Positions 6,415 through 14,516 of a stretch of DNA of 24,000 nucleotides are shown here, in pieces. Below the pieces are notes generated by a model. It was not told where the DNA came from. It saw only the letters and a program-made list of their open reading frames with translations, and searched no databases. Every line of letters begins with the position of its first letter. Position 1 is the first letter of the stretch. Made by a program: the position numbers and the translations under genes. Location: NCBI RefSeq assembly GCF_003937805.1, contig NZ_RSFA01000009.1. One strand, given 5' to 3'. This DNA comes from Vibrio pectenicida. Its GTDB lineage: Bacteria > Pseudomonadota > Gammaproteobacteria > Enterobacterales > Vibrionaceae.

Positions 6415-9159
6415 TTATCCTTGTAGGCTGGATAACATTGTATCCAAGCATTCTAGCGCTTCATCACTGTCATATATTTCAACAGCGTCATTCAAACGGT
6501 CAATTTGATCAGCTTTTACATGTCCTTGTATCATTGCGATTAGATTAGCTATGCTATCCTCTTCAAATTCCCCCAATTCAAGTTGCTCCCTAATCTCTGC
6601 ACTAAGAGCTATCACAACTTTACAGTCAAATTCCTGAGCTTGTACAAGCGACACTTCTGGCTGAAGACCGATTAAAGCAATCGACTCTAGTACTTGCTGT
6701 AATGCCGATGAGAGTTCGTTCCATGATTCAGAAATATCTTGGTCCTGTAACTTAAAAGCTTGCTCAAAAGTAAAGGCAACTTGAGATAAACGATGCGCGC
6801 CTAAAGAGGCAGAAGCTCCCTTCAAGGTATGGGCTGTAATTTCACCTTGTGAATAGTCTTTATCTGCCCATGAGGTTTTCAAATCGCTGAATGTACTTTG
6901 GTTATTTTTCGAAAAGCTATTGAGAAGTTTGGTGAACAGTATTCTATCATCATTGACTCTGGAGAGCCCTTCTTCAACATCAATACCAGGTAACTCCGGA
7001 AATGCCACATTATCTGCAACGTCATCACTTTGCTGTGGAGATGCAAACTCAAAATTGTCATCTTTGAATTTCGGATCGATCCACTTAAGTAACTTACTGT
7101 AAAGCTCACTGGTATCTATCGGTTTAGCGATATGGTCATTCATACCTGCTTCAGCGCATCGCTCTCGATCCTGTTGCATCGCATTAGCCGTCATAGCAAT
7201 GATAGGAAGCTCTCTTTGAGTGGGTTGTTCCCGAAGTACTCTTGCAGCCTCCAAACCATCCATCACTGGCATTTGTAAATCCATTAAGATGATGGCAAAC
7301 TTCCCATCAAGTGCCTTATCTACCCCTTCTTTTCCGTTGTTGGCTACTTCAACATTAAGGCCAACACTTTCAAGGAGCTCTATAGCGATAATTTGGTTAA
7401 CTTCATTATCCTCCACCAAAAGTACTGGTGCCCCACGAACTGTAGCAAAACTATCGTATAAGGCTTCACTCTCATTATTCTGACTTGAACTGTCAGAAAC
7501 CACAGCCTTACCCATAACCTCCATAACAGTATCCAGCAGCGCTGAAGCACTAACAGGTTTCACCAAGAAACCATCAATTTTTGCTTCAGACGCTTGGAGA
7601 ACGACTTCTTCTCTTCCATATGCGGTCATTAAAATAATTTTCGGGGGGCAATCAAGTGTCTTAATAATTTCAGATGCCTTAATACCATTCATTTCTGGCA
7701 TTTGCCAGTCCATTAAAACAAGCTCATAAGGACTGTCCTCAGCCATTGCTTTCTTAACCATATCAATGGCTTCAAATCCATTCACTGCGGTTGATATTTC
7801 AAGAGAGTAGGAATTAAGGAGTTCTTGGTTAATATCGCGGGCGCTTTTATTGTCATCAACGACGAGCGCTTTCATACCTTTGAGCTTTTTCCAATTGTAG
7901 ACACGCTCTTGCTGGTTCTCGATTTCTTTATCAAGAACACCAAACTCAGCGGTAAAGATAAAGCTACTCCCTTCTTGATAAACACTTTCTACCCAGATAT
8001 CACCATTCATCAGGTGCACCAAGTTCTGACAAATACTTAGGCCTAAACCAGTACCTCCATATTTACGAGTAGTTGAAGTATCGGCCTGGCTAAACGCACT
8101 AAATAGCTTTTGTATCTGTTCTGGCTTTAAACCTATACCTGTATCTTTGATCTCAAACTTTAATTTAACCCATTCGTTTAACTGCTCACAATTTGTGACT
8201 TTAACAATGATATCTCCTTGCTCAGTAAACTTGATTGCGTTATTGCAAAGGTTAGTGAGTATTTGACCAAGACGTAAAGGATCCCCAACCAACGAGTTGG
8301 GCAACTCTGGAGGAGTCGAGAAAATGACTTCCAATCCCTTTTCTTGTGCTTTTAGGGTAATTATTGTACATAAATCATCAAATACCTTATCAAGTTGAAA
8401 CGGTATTGACTCCATTTCCATTTTACCCGCTTCAATTTTAGAGATATCAAGAATGTCATTAATAATGCCCAACAATGCACGACCTGCTGAGTTTATTTTG
8501 CTAATGTAATCATGCTGCTTTGACGTCAATTGAGTCTTTAAAACAAGTTCACTCAGACCAATAACCGCATTCATCGGGGTACGTATTTCATGGCTCATAT
8601 TGGCCAAGAAATCACCTTTTGCCACATCTGCTTCTTTGGTTTTTTCTAAAGATATCTCTAATTCACGCATCAATTCTTGCTGCGAGAGCTGATTAAGCTT
8701 ATTACGTTGAATATCAACGTGTTCTTTAGGATAAAAGTTAGGATTGGGAAAACGTTTAAATGCCGTCAGCTTGTGTGAATGGTTACTCGCCGTCTCGACC
8801 GTAAAATAATCAAAAATGTAATCGTAATTCATTGACGTAACAGAACCGACTGCACTGTTAAGCTCAAGTTCAATTCCCCAGAGGTCAGCATTGCGAGAAA
8901 AAAAAAGTGCAACATTAAAACTGTCACAAGTGGATAAAAAGTTGTGACAAACTTCCGAAACAGCAGTCGCCAATCGCACTGAATTTACCCTAGAAAACTG
9001 ACAGTCTAGCGCAAGCCTTTTTACCTTATTTCTAAAATCAACAATAGATGGGCTATCTTCAATGCTGTATTCAGCAAGCTTAATGCTGCCTTCCTTAGAC
9101 GCTTGCTCCATTTCTTTTATGACGGTTTCGAGATTCATAGTCCATGTCCGAGTTCTCAA
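6415..9159 (-). CDS. Soluble hybrid sensor histidine kinase: RsbT-like degenerate N-domain, coiled coil, HisKA, HATPase_c, REC, REC, Hpt
   Basis: H-box SHEIRTPMNAVIG. N, G1 and G2 boxes NLCNNAIKFT, DTGIGL, GGTGLGLSI. REC1: VVDDN..LMDWQMPEMNG..VKP. REC2: LVEDNEVN..LMDLQMPVMDG..AKP. Hpt: HTLKGASASLG. No transmembrane segment is evident. TTG 9159 overlaps the rsbX stop (TTGA); the first ATG is at 9138 (MNLETV). Confidence 0.92.
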   Translation of the reverse strand: MRTRTWTMNLETVIKEMEQASKEGSIKLAEYSIEDSPSIVDFRNKVKRLALDCQFSRVNSVRLATAVSEVCHNFLSTCDSFNVALFFSRNADLWGIELELNSAVGSVTSMNYDYIFDYFTVETASNHSHKLTAFKRFPNPNFYPKEHVDIQRNKLNQLSQQELMRELEISLEKTKEADVAKGDFLANMSHEIRTPMNAVIGLSELVLKTQLTSKQHDYISKINSAGRALLGIINDILDISKIEAGKMEMESIPFQLDKVFDDLCTIITLKAQEKGLEVIFSTPPELPNSLVGDPLRLGQILTNLCNNAIKFTEQGDIIVKVTNCEQLNEWVKLKFEIKDTGIGLKPEQIQKLFSAFSQADTSTTRKYGGTGLGLSICQNLVHLMNGDIWVESVYQEGSSFIFTAEFGVLDKEIENQQERVYNWKKLKGMKALVVDDNKSARDINQELLNSYSLEISTAVNGFEAIDMVKKAMAEDSPYELVLMDWQMPEMNGIKASEIIKTLDCPPKIILMTAYGREEVVLQASEAKIDGFLVKPVSASALLDTVMEVMGKAVVSDSSSQNNESEALYDSFATVRGAPVLLVEDNEVNQIIAIELLESVGLNVEVANNGKEGVDKALDGKFAIILMDLQMPVMDGLEAARVLREQPTQRELPIIAMTANAMQQDRERCAEAGMNDHIAKPIDTSELYSKLLKWIDPKFKDDNFEFASPQQSDDVADNVAFPELPGIDVEEGLSRVNDDRILFTKLLNSFSKNNQSTFSDLKTSWADKDYSQGEITAHTLKGASASLGAHRLSQVAFTFEQAFKLQDQDISESWNELSSALQQVLESIALIGLQPEVSLVQAQEFDCKVVIALSAEIREQLELGEFEEDSIANLIAMIQGHVKADQIDRLNDAVEIYDSDEALECLDTMLSSLQG

Positions 9160-9734
9160 TTAACTCGGATGACTAGGCAAGTTGCATCATCTGATGCTTT
9201 TGCAAATTTCCGAGTAATATTTTGGGCGATAGTTTCAGCATTATCAGTATAGATGCTCGGGTAATCTTTTGGATCAAAATTACTCATGATTCCATCAGAA
9301 TAAAGGATCAATATTTCTCCAGGTACAAGTTGAACTGTATTTTTGACTGGTGTCCGTATTTGATAACCAAGTACACCTTGCTGGCAGATAAACCTTTGAA
9401 CTTCCTTACCAACTTTGCACATGAATATATTGCCAATACCCACGTAATCAAAACGCAATGAATTTATATCTAAATTAGCAATAATGGCAACGCCACCATT
9501 CGTGCTGCGCAAATTGTTGTGTAATTGTTCCATTAGCACGGGCAGATCTGTCTGGTACGATTGTTTCAAAAAGCTTCTTGTTGTACTGGCAATACTATGA
9601 GCACTTTTCCCATGACCAGCACCATCGAACAAGCTAATAAAATAGTCATTTCCATTCTGCTGATAAAAAGCATCATCCCCATTGACTTCTTCAAGTGGTT
9701 TTTCACCTATCGCTATCTCAATTTTTTCAGCCAT
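9156..9734 (-). CDS. rsbX: RsbX-like PP2C/SpoIIE-family serine phosphatase
   Basis: About 192 aa, similar in length and motif order to B. subtilis RsbX: GDDAF, FDGAGHGKSA, ILYSDGI, DDATCLVI. ATG 9734 overlaps the rsbT stop (TAATG) with AGGAAA upstream. An alternative in-frame ATG is at 9746. Confidence 0.85.
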   Translation of the reverse strand: MAEKIEIAIGEKPLEEVNGDDAFYQQNGNDYFISLFDGAGHGKSAHSIASTTRSFLKQSYQTDLPVLMEQLHNNLRSTNGGVAIIANLDINSLRFDYVGIGNIFMCKVGKEVQRFICQQGVLGYQIRTPVKNTVQLVPGEILILYSDGIMSNFDPKDYPSIYTDNAETIAQNITRKFAKASDDATCLVIRVN

Positions 9735-10135
9735 TATCTGCGCCATTTCCTTACCGTCACTTCAGTGCCAACACCAATTTCTGTTTCTATTTGCAGTGAA
9801 TCCATTAATCTCTGAGTGCCCGGTAAGCCAACCCCCATAGTACCGTGTGTACTGTAATTATCACTCAACGCTTTTTGCACATCATGTATACCGCCACCAC
9901 TATCTTTGGCAACGATTTCAACTCCAGTTCTGGTCTCATCTTCTAGATATTTTAAATACAACACTCCATGACCAGCATGATTAAGAATATTACGTGTCAG
10001 CTCACTAACTGCTATTGAAATCATGTATTGATCGACTGTCGAAAACCCAAGTTTTAGAGCAAACTTTTTCGCGTCTAAGCTAGCGTATCCAACGTCAGAG
10101 TCAGTCGCTATGTCTATTTTAATAATATTATCCAC
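9734..10135 (-). CDS. rsbT: RsbT-like stressosome serine kinase (anti-sigma-factor-type HATPase_c_2)
   Basis: 133 aa, the same length as B. subtilis RsbT and collinear with it: LGFSTVDQ, N-box IAVSELTRNIL, G1 DSGGGI, G2 GVGLPG, C-terminal VRKWRR. The GTG start has GGAGG 11 nt upstream. Confidence 0.9.
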   Translation of the reverse strand: MDNIIKIDIATDSDVGYASLDAKKFALKLGFSTVDQYMISIAVSELTRNILNHAGHGVLYLKYLEDETRTGVEIVAKDSGGGIHDVQKALSDNYSTHGTMGVGLPGTQRLMDSLQIETEIGVGTEVTVRKWRR

Positions 10136-10193
10136 TCCTGAGCCAACCTCCGATTCAGAAATAAAAGGGACTCACTCTACATTCTTAATAGTT

Positions 10194-10571
10194 TTATTTC
10201 TGATAATTGAGTAGGTAATCTAAAGCCTCCTCCATATTCCTTTTAGTCTTTAGATTGCTGGTATCCATATTGGAATCTATCATCGAAGCAATAATACCAG
10301 GACTTAAGCCAGTTACTGCGGTATGAGAGCCCATAACTTGAATCATATTGGCCGATTTGGTGAAAACATCCCACAGAGAGCTATCAACAATATCTACCCC
10401 AGAAAAATCAATAATCACACCAGCCACATGACGAGAACCTAGTGTATCCAAAATAACTTCTTGAACTCTTTTAGCATCCTCAATAGACAATTCATCTTGT
10501 ATAGGGACAATCAAGCAACGACTCATGTTATGAGTCACCACTTTGATCATGTTTTCTGCGGTGCTACTCAT
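10194..10571 (-). CDS. rsbS: RsbS-like single-domain STAS scaffold protein
   Basis: STAS fold signature with the phosphorylatable Ser context GVDIVDSS (cf. B. subtilis RsbS VDMIDSF) and TGLSPGIIASM. ATG 10571 has AGGA 8 nt upstream and overlaps the rsbR stop (ATGAGTAG). The ORF track extends to 10595. Confidence 0.87.
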   Translation of the reverse strand: MSSTAENMIKVVTHNMSRCLIVPIQDELSIEDAKRVQEVILDTLGSRHVAGVIIDFSGVDIVDSSLWDVFTKSANMIQVMGSHTAVTGLSPGIIASMIDSNMDTSNLKTKRNMEEALDYLLNYQK

Positions 10572-12135
10572 GCCATGATTCCTGATGTTCATCACTTTGG
10601 ATCAGTGTATAACCGGCAATTTTGAACGAGTTGTTAACTCCCTCTTTTAGGGTAGACTGAGTGACAACATCATTTAACTCAATGCCAAGATTAACTATCG
10701 CTTGAGCAACCACGGGAGAAATACCTGTCACTATACAAACACATCCCATAAGCCGCGTTGCTTTAGCAACCTTCAAAAGGTGATTTGCTACAGCACTGTC
10801 TACTGTAGGGACACCTTGTATATCTATCACTATCACCCGCGCTTCATAGTCGATAACTTTTTGTAATACGGCTTCCATAATCATCTGGATCCGGTTTGAA
10901 TCAATTAAGCCAATCACTGGTAACATCAATACTTTATCCCATAGCTGCATCACTGGAGTCGACATCTCCATTATCATCGATGCCTGCTTAGCTCGTTCTT
11001 CAGACATTTTTTTTCTATCAGTAATATCTGAAGCCACTTTGAGTACTTTGTATGGCTCACCTTTGAGATCTAACACTGGATTATAAGTTGCTTGAATAAA
11101 GACCTCGCGGCCATTTTTGGCAATACGTTTAAATTCTCCTGAAATAAACTGGCCTGCGCCGAGTTCACGCCAAAATTCTCTGTATTGCTCTGTTTCACTG
11201 TATTCTCGCTCACAAAATAGCCTATGGTGCTTACCTTGAATTTCTGCAAGGTTGTATCCCATAAGATCCAAAAAGTTTTGGTTGGCGGAAATAATGGTCC
11301 CGTCGAGATTAAATTCTATTGTGCCAAGCGATTTATCAATAGCATCAGCTTTAGCCTGCGCTTCATTACTAACCGTTTTATATTCTGTGATGTCTGAGGC
11401 AACCTTCAGTACTTTAACTAACTTGCCCTGCTCGTTGAATACAGGATTGTACGTTGCTTGAATAAATACTGTTTCTCCATCTTTGGTAACACGAATATAT
11501 TCACCGGAACTAAATTCACCTTTGCCAAGGCTATCCCAGAATTGGCTGTACTCCACACTCTGTCGGTATTGATCTTCACAAAAAATCCTATGATGCTTTC
11601 CTTTGATTTCATCAAGAGAATAATGCATTAAATCGAGAAAATTTTGATTGGCCGTGATAATGGTACCGTCTAAATTAAATTCAATGGTAGCTAATGATTT
11701 GTTTATAGCTTCAGTATGAGCTTTTGCCTTTAGACTGATAAGTTTGTTCTCAGTAATATCTGTCGCTACCTTGATTACTCGAATGGGCTTACCATTGCCA
11801 TCAAATACAGGGTTGTAAGTCGCTTGAAGGTAAATTTCATTACCACTTTTGGTCACTCGTTTGTACTCACCAGAATCAAATTCACCAGCACCTAAATTAT
11901 TCCAAAAATCTTTATAAGCACGACTTCGAGCATAGGTTGGTTGAACAAAAATCCTATGATGCTTTCCTTTGATTTCATCAAGCGTGTAACCAACAACATT
12001 TAGGAAGTTCTGATTCGCGTTAAAGATGGTCCCATCGAGCTCAAATTCTATTACTCCCTGAGACCTGTGAATTGCGTTGTACACGCTCTCGTATAATGCT
12101 GACTCATTATCAAAACCTTTGTTTGTTTTCTTCAT
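10564..12135 (-). CDS. rsbR: RsbR-like stressosome sensor: three tandem PAS domains plus a C-terminal STAS domain
   Basis: AAGGAG lies 5 nt upstream of ATG 12135 (MKKTNKG); the track's upstream extension to 12198 is probably non-coding. Three 122-aa units each carry IEF.LDGTI..AN.NFL...GY.L.EI.GKHHR.F...Y and ATYNPV....G......KVA.DIT. The C-terminal STAS resembles the RsbR C-terminus: VIDIQGVPTVDSAVANHLL, IVTGISPVVAQAIVNLGIEL. Confidence 0.88.
   Translation of the reverse strand: MKKTNKGFDNESALYESVYNAIHRSQGVIEFELDGTIFNANQNFLNVVGYTLDEIKGKHHRIFVQPTYARSRAYKDFWNNLGAGEFDSGEYKRVTKSGNEIYLQATYNPVFDGNGKPIRVIKVATDITENKLISLKAKAHTEAINKSLATIEFNLDGTIITANQNFLDLMHYSLDEIKGKHHRIFCEDQYRQSVEYSQFWDSLGKGEFSSGEYIRVTKDGETVFIQATYNPVFNEQGKLVKVLKVASDITEYKTVSNEAQAKADAIDKSLGTIEFNLDGTIISANQNFLDLMGYNLAEIQGKHHRLFCEREYSETEQYREFWRELGAGQFISGEFKRIAKNGREVFIQATYNPVLDLKGEPYKVLKVASDITDRKKMSEERAKQASMIMEMSTPVMQLWDKVLMLPVIGLIDSNRIQMIMEAVLQKVIDYEARVIVIDIQGVPTVDSAVANHLLKVAKATRLMGCVCIVTGISPVVAQAIVNLGIELNDVVTQSTLKEGVNNSFKIAGYTLIQSDEHQESWHE
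10999..12099 (-). repeat. Intragenic tandem triplication, 366-nt period (the three PAS modules of rsbR)
   Basis: The protein repeat period is exactly 122 aa. The 36-nt string aaaaatcctatgatgctttcctttgatttcatcaag is identical at 11581-11616 and 11947-11982 (offset 366). The third copy at 11215-11250 matches 28/36. Confidence 0.85.
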
Positions 12136-12411
12136 GACCACTCCTTGGATTGATTTCACCCAACAAAAATACCTAAACAACTCGATGGTAATAATCAATC
12201 AACTATAGAAGAAGGTCGCAAAAACAGCCCACCTAAAATCTAATCATCAGTAAATAAAAATAAATATCTTCGCGCATTACTTAGTGCACAAATTACAACT
12301 TTTCTTTTGTTTAAGTACTTGATACACCAATAAGTTACTACTGTATTTTGGCAAAATTGACTATTCTTAAAGTAAACCAGTGCGATGCGAAAGAATAATA
12401 GGAATAATTCA

Positions 12412-13803
12412 ATGGCTCAGGATAACTACAACAAGCTTTCTGACGGTGAACTTGAGTATGTGGATGATAAAACTGCCGCGCTATTATTAAATACTCCCAG
12501 TAGTGCACGTATAATGCTTTGGGTGATGGTACTCTTTTTAATCCTAGCGGCAGTCTGGGCTTCATGGGCAAAAATAGATAAAGTTACTGTTGGAGAAGGC
12601 AAAGTGGTCCCCTCTTCTCAAGTACAAATAGTGCAAAACCTTGAGGGGGGACTTGTTAAGGAAATCTTAGTTCGTGAAGGTCAATCAGTTCAAAAAGGCC
12701 AGCAACTACTTTTAATTGATGACACGCGTTTTCGGTCCGACTTTCGCGAACGTGAACAACAAATAGCTAACCTAACCGCAAGCGTTTTACAGTTGTCTGC
12801 TTCCATGACCAGCGTCACCGTCAATGAAAAAAATGACCAAAAATCTTGGAAAAAAAGAGTCGAAATCAACTTCAACAAGCTAGCCTTCCCTCCTTCTTTG
12901 GCTGAAAGACAACCGCGGCTGGTCGCCAGACAACGCGCCGAGTACCAACAAGACCTTAATAATTTAAGTAATCGTCTCTCAGTGATTGACCAGCAAGTAA
13001 AACAAAAACAACAAGACTTGGTTGAAATCCAAGCTCGTGTGGAAAACTTACGTGATAGTTATAACTTTGCCCGCAAAGAGCTTGAAATAACTCAACCGCT
13101 CGCAGACGAAGGGGTAGTACCGCAAATAGAACTATTGAAATTACAAAGACAGGTTAATGACACACAAAGAGAAATGACCTCAAGTGAACTTAAAATACCA
13201 GTATTAAAGTCGGCCATTCAAGAGGCCATGCTAAATCGTATTGATGCTGCCCAGAAATTTCGCTCAGAGCAACAGGAAAAGCTCAACCAAGCTCAGGATA
13301 AACTCTCTTCACTTACTGAATCCAGTGTAGGCTTAGAAGATAGAGTAAACCGAACCATCGTCATTTCACCCGTGATGGGAACCGTTAAAACACTCAATGT
13401 TAATACCGTAGGTGGCGTAATACAGCCAGGTATGGATATAGTAGAAATAGTGCCTAGCGAAGACACTCTGCTCGTTGAAGCAAAAATTGCCCCACAGGAC
13501 ATTGCTTTTTTGCGGCCAAACTTAAATGCCATTGTTAAATTTAGTGCTTACGACTTTACTAAATATGGTGGACTAGAAGGCAGTCTCGAACACATTAGTG
13601 CTGATACCACAACAGATGAAGAAGGAAATAGCTTTTATCTTGTAAGAGTAAGGACCAAAGAAACTAGTCTTAACAATGATGCATTGTTACCCATCATACC
13701 TGGTATGACAGCATCAGTGGATATAATTACAGGCAAGAGAACGGTTATGGAATATTTACTTAAGCCGATTCTCGGTGCCAAAAATAACGCATTAAAGGAA
13801 TAA
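12412..13803 (+). CDS. lapC: Type I secretion membrane-fusion (periplasmic adaptor) protein, HlyD family, LapC-like
   Basis: Short cytoplasmic N-tail, one TM helix (IMLWVMVLFLILAAVWASWA), a long coiled-coil middle and a C-terminal barrel with typical HlyD strings (VISPVMGTVKTLNV, GGVIQPG, IVEIVPSEDTLLVEAKI.PQDI, PGMTASVDIITGKRTVMEYLLKP). AGGA lies upstream of ATG 12412; an alternative ATG is at 12385. Confidence 0.9.
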   Translation: MAQDNYNKLSDGELEYVDDKTAALLLNTPSSARIMLWVMVLFLILAAVWASWAKIDKVTVGEGKVVPSSQVQIVQNLEGGLVKEILVREGQSVQKGQQLLLIDDTRFRSDFREREQQIANLTASVLQLSASMTSVTVNEKNDQKSWKKRVEINFNKLAFPPSLAERQPRLVARQRAEYQQDLNNLSNRLSVIDQQVKQKQQDLVEIQARVENLRDSYNFARKELEITQPLADEGVVPQIELLKLQRQVNDTQREMTSSELKIPVLKSAIQEAMLNRIDAAQKFRSEQQEKLNQAQDKLSSLTESSVGLEDRVNRTIVISPVMGTVKTLNVNTVGGVIQPGMDIVEIVPSEDTLLVEAKIAPQDIAFLRPNLNAIVKFSAYDFTKYGGLEGSLEHISADTTTDEEGNSFYLVRVRTKETSLNNDALLPIIPGMTASVDIITGKRTVMEYLLKPILGAKNNALKE

Positions 13804-13848
13804 ATATGCTCAATACTCGACTCAAACATTCGTCTAAAATGTAGCGCA

Positions 13849-14511
13849 ATGAAGTTCTGGCTTTCTATCCTCGTGATAATTTTAGTTTCAACGGCTTCAA
13901 AAGCACTCAACACCCAAGAGCAGCGTTGGGTAGAAGCAGTTCGCAAAACTTATGGAGAGCGAGCAGGAAAGAGGGTAGAAACTTGGCGTCGAGAAATGGT
14001 GCAATTTAAAGCAATTTCAGAAAAAGAAAAGTTGGTCAAAGTAAACCGTTTCTTCAATCAACTAAACTTCGTTAATGACGATCGCCTCTGGGGCAAAAAG
14101 GATTATTGGGCCACACCACTTGAATTTCTTGGCAGTAATGGTGGAGATTGTGAAGATTTTACGATTGCAAAATATTTTTCATTACTTGAGCTTGGGGTCT
14201 CGGACAGAAAGCTGAGGCTGGTTTACGTTAAAGCAATCTCATTAAACCAGTTCCATATGGTATTAGCTTACTACTCGAAACCAAGCGCAGAACCCATTTT
14301 GCTCGATAATATTGACCCACAAATAAAAAGAGCCTCAAAACGCAGAGATTTATTACCAATTTACAGCTTCAATGGTAAAAACTTGTGGCTAATGAAGTCG
14401 AAAAAAGGACAGCTGGCAGGGAAGTCATCAAGACTTAGTTTATGGAATGATCTCAGAGCCAGAGAAAAATCACTCAAATTGAATAAACCAATTTTAAATT
14501 ACGATGAGTAA
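13849..14511 (+). CDS. lapG: LapG-like periplasmic transglutaminase-like cysteine protease (BTLCP/DUF920)
   Basis: Signal peptide MKFWLSILVIILVSTASKA. Nucleophile context GGDCEDFTIAKY, then His (FHMVLAYY) and Asp (LLDNID), matching the C-H-D triad order of the LapG family. It sits next to a LapD-type receptor. Confidence 0.88.
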   Translation: MKFWLSILVIILVSTASKALNTQEQRWVEAVRKTYGERAGKRVETWRREMVQFKAISEKEKLVKVNRFFNQLNFVNDDRLWGKKDYWATPLEFLGSNGGDCEDFTIAKYFSLLELGVSDRKLRLVYVKAISLNQFHMVLAYYSKPSAEPILLDNIDPQIKRASKRRDLLPIYSFNGKNLWLMKSKKGQLAGKSSRLSLWNDLRAREKSLKLNKPILNYDE

Positions 14512-14516
14512 GCAAT

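Noticed and set aside
12136-12198. N-terminal extensions given by the longest-ORF track: rsbR to 12198, chiA to 22331, rsbS to 10595, ribA to 19277, yccT-like to 22664, orphan to 3845.
   Set aside because: In each case an internal ATG has a better Shine-Dalgarno sequence and/or begins a recognisable signal peptide or family N-terminus (AAGGAG before MKKTNKG; MNRITLYAAS signal peptide of ChiA). The extensions encode implausible sequence.
12214-12232. A sigma-54-like promoter motif on the minus strand upstream of rsbR (TGGGCTGTTTTTGCG).
   Set aside because: The GG-to-GC spacing is one nucleotide shorter than the strict -24/-12 consensus (TGGCAC-N5-TTGC), and no enhancer-binding protein gene is nearby. 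Probably chance.
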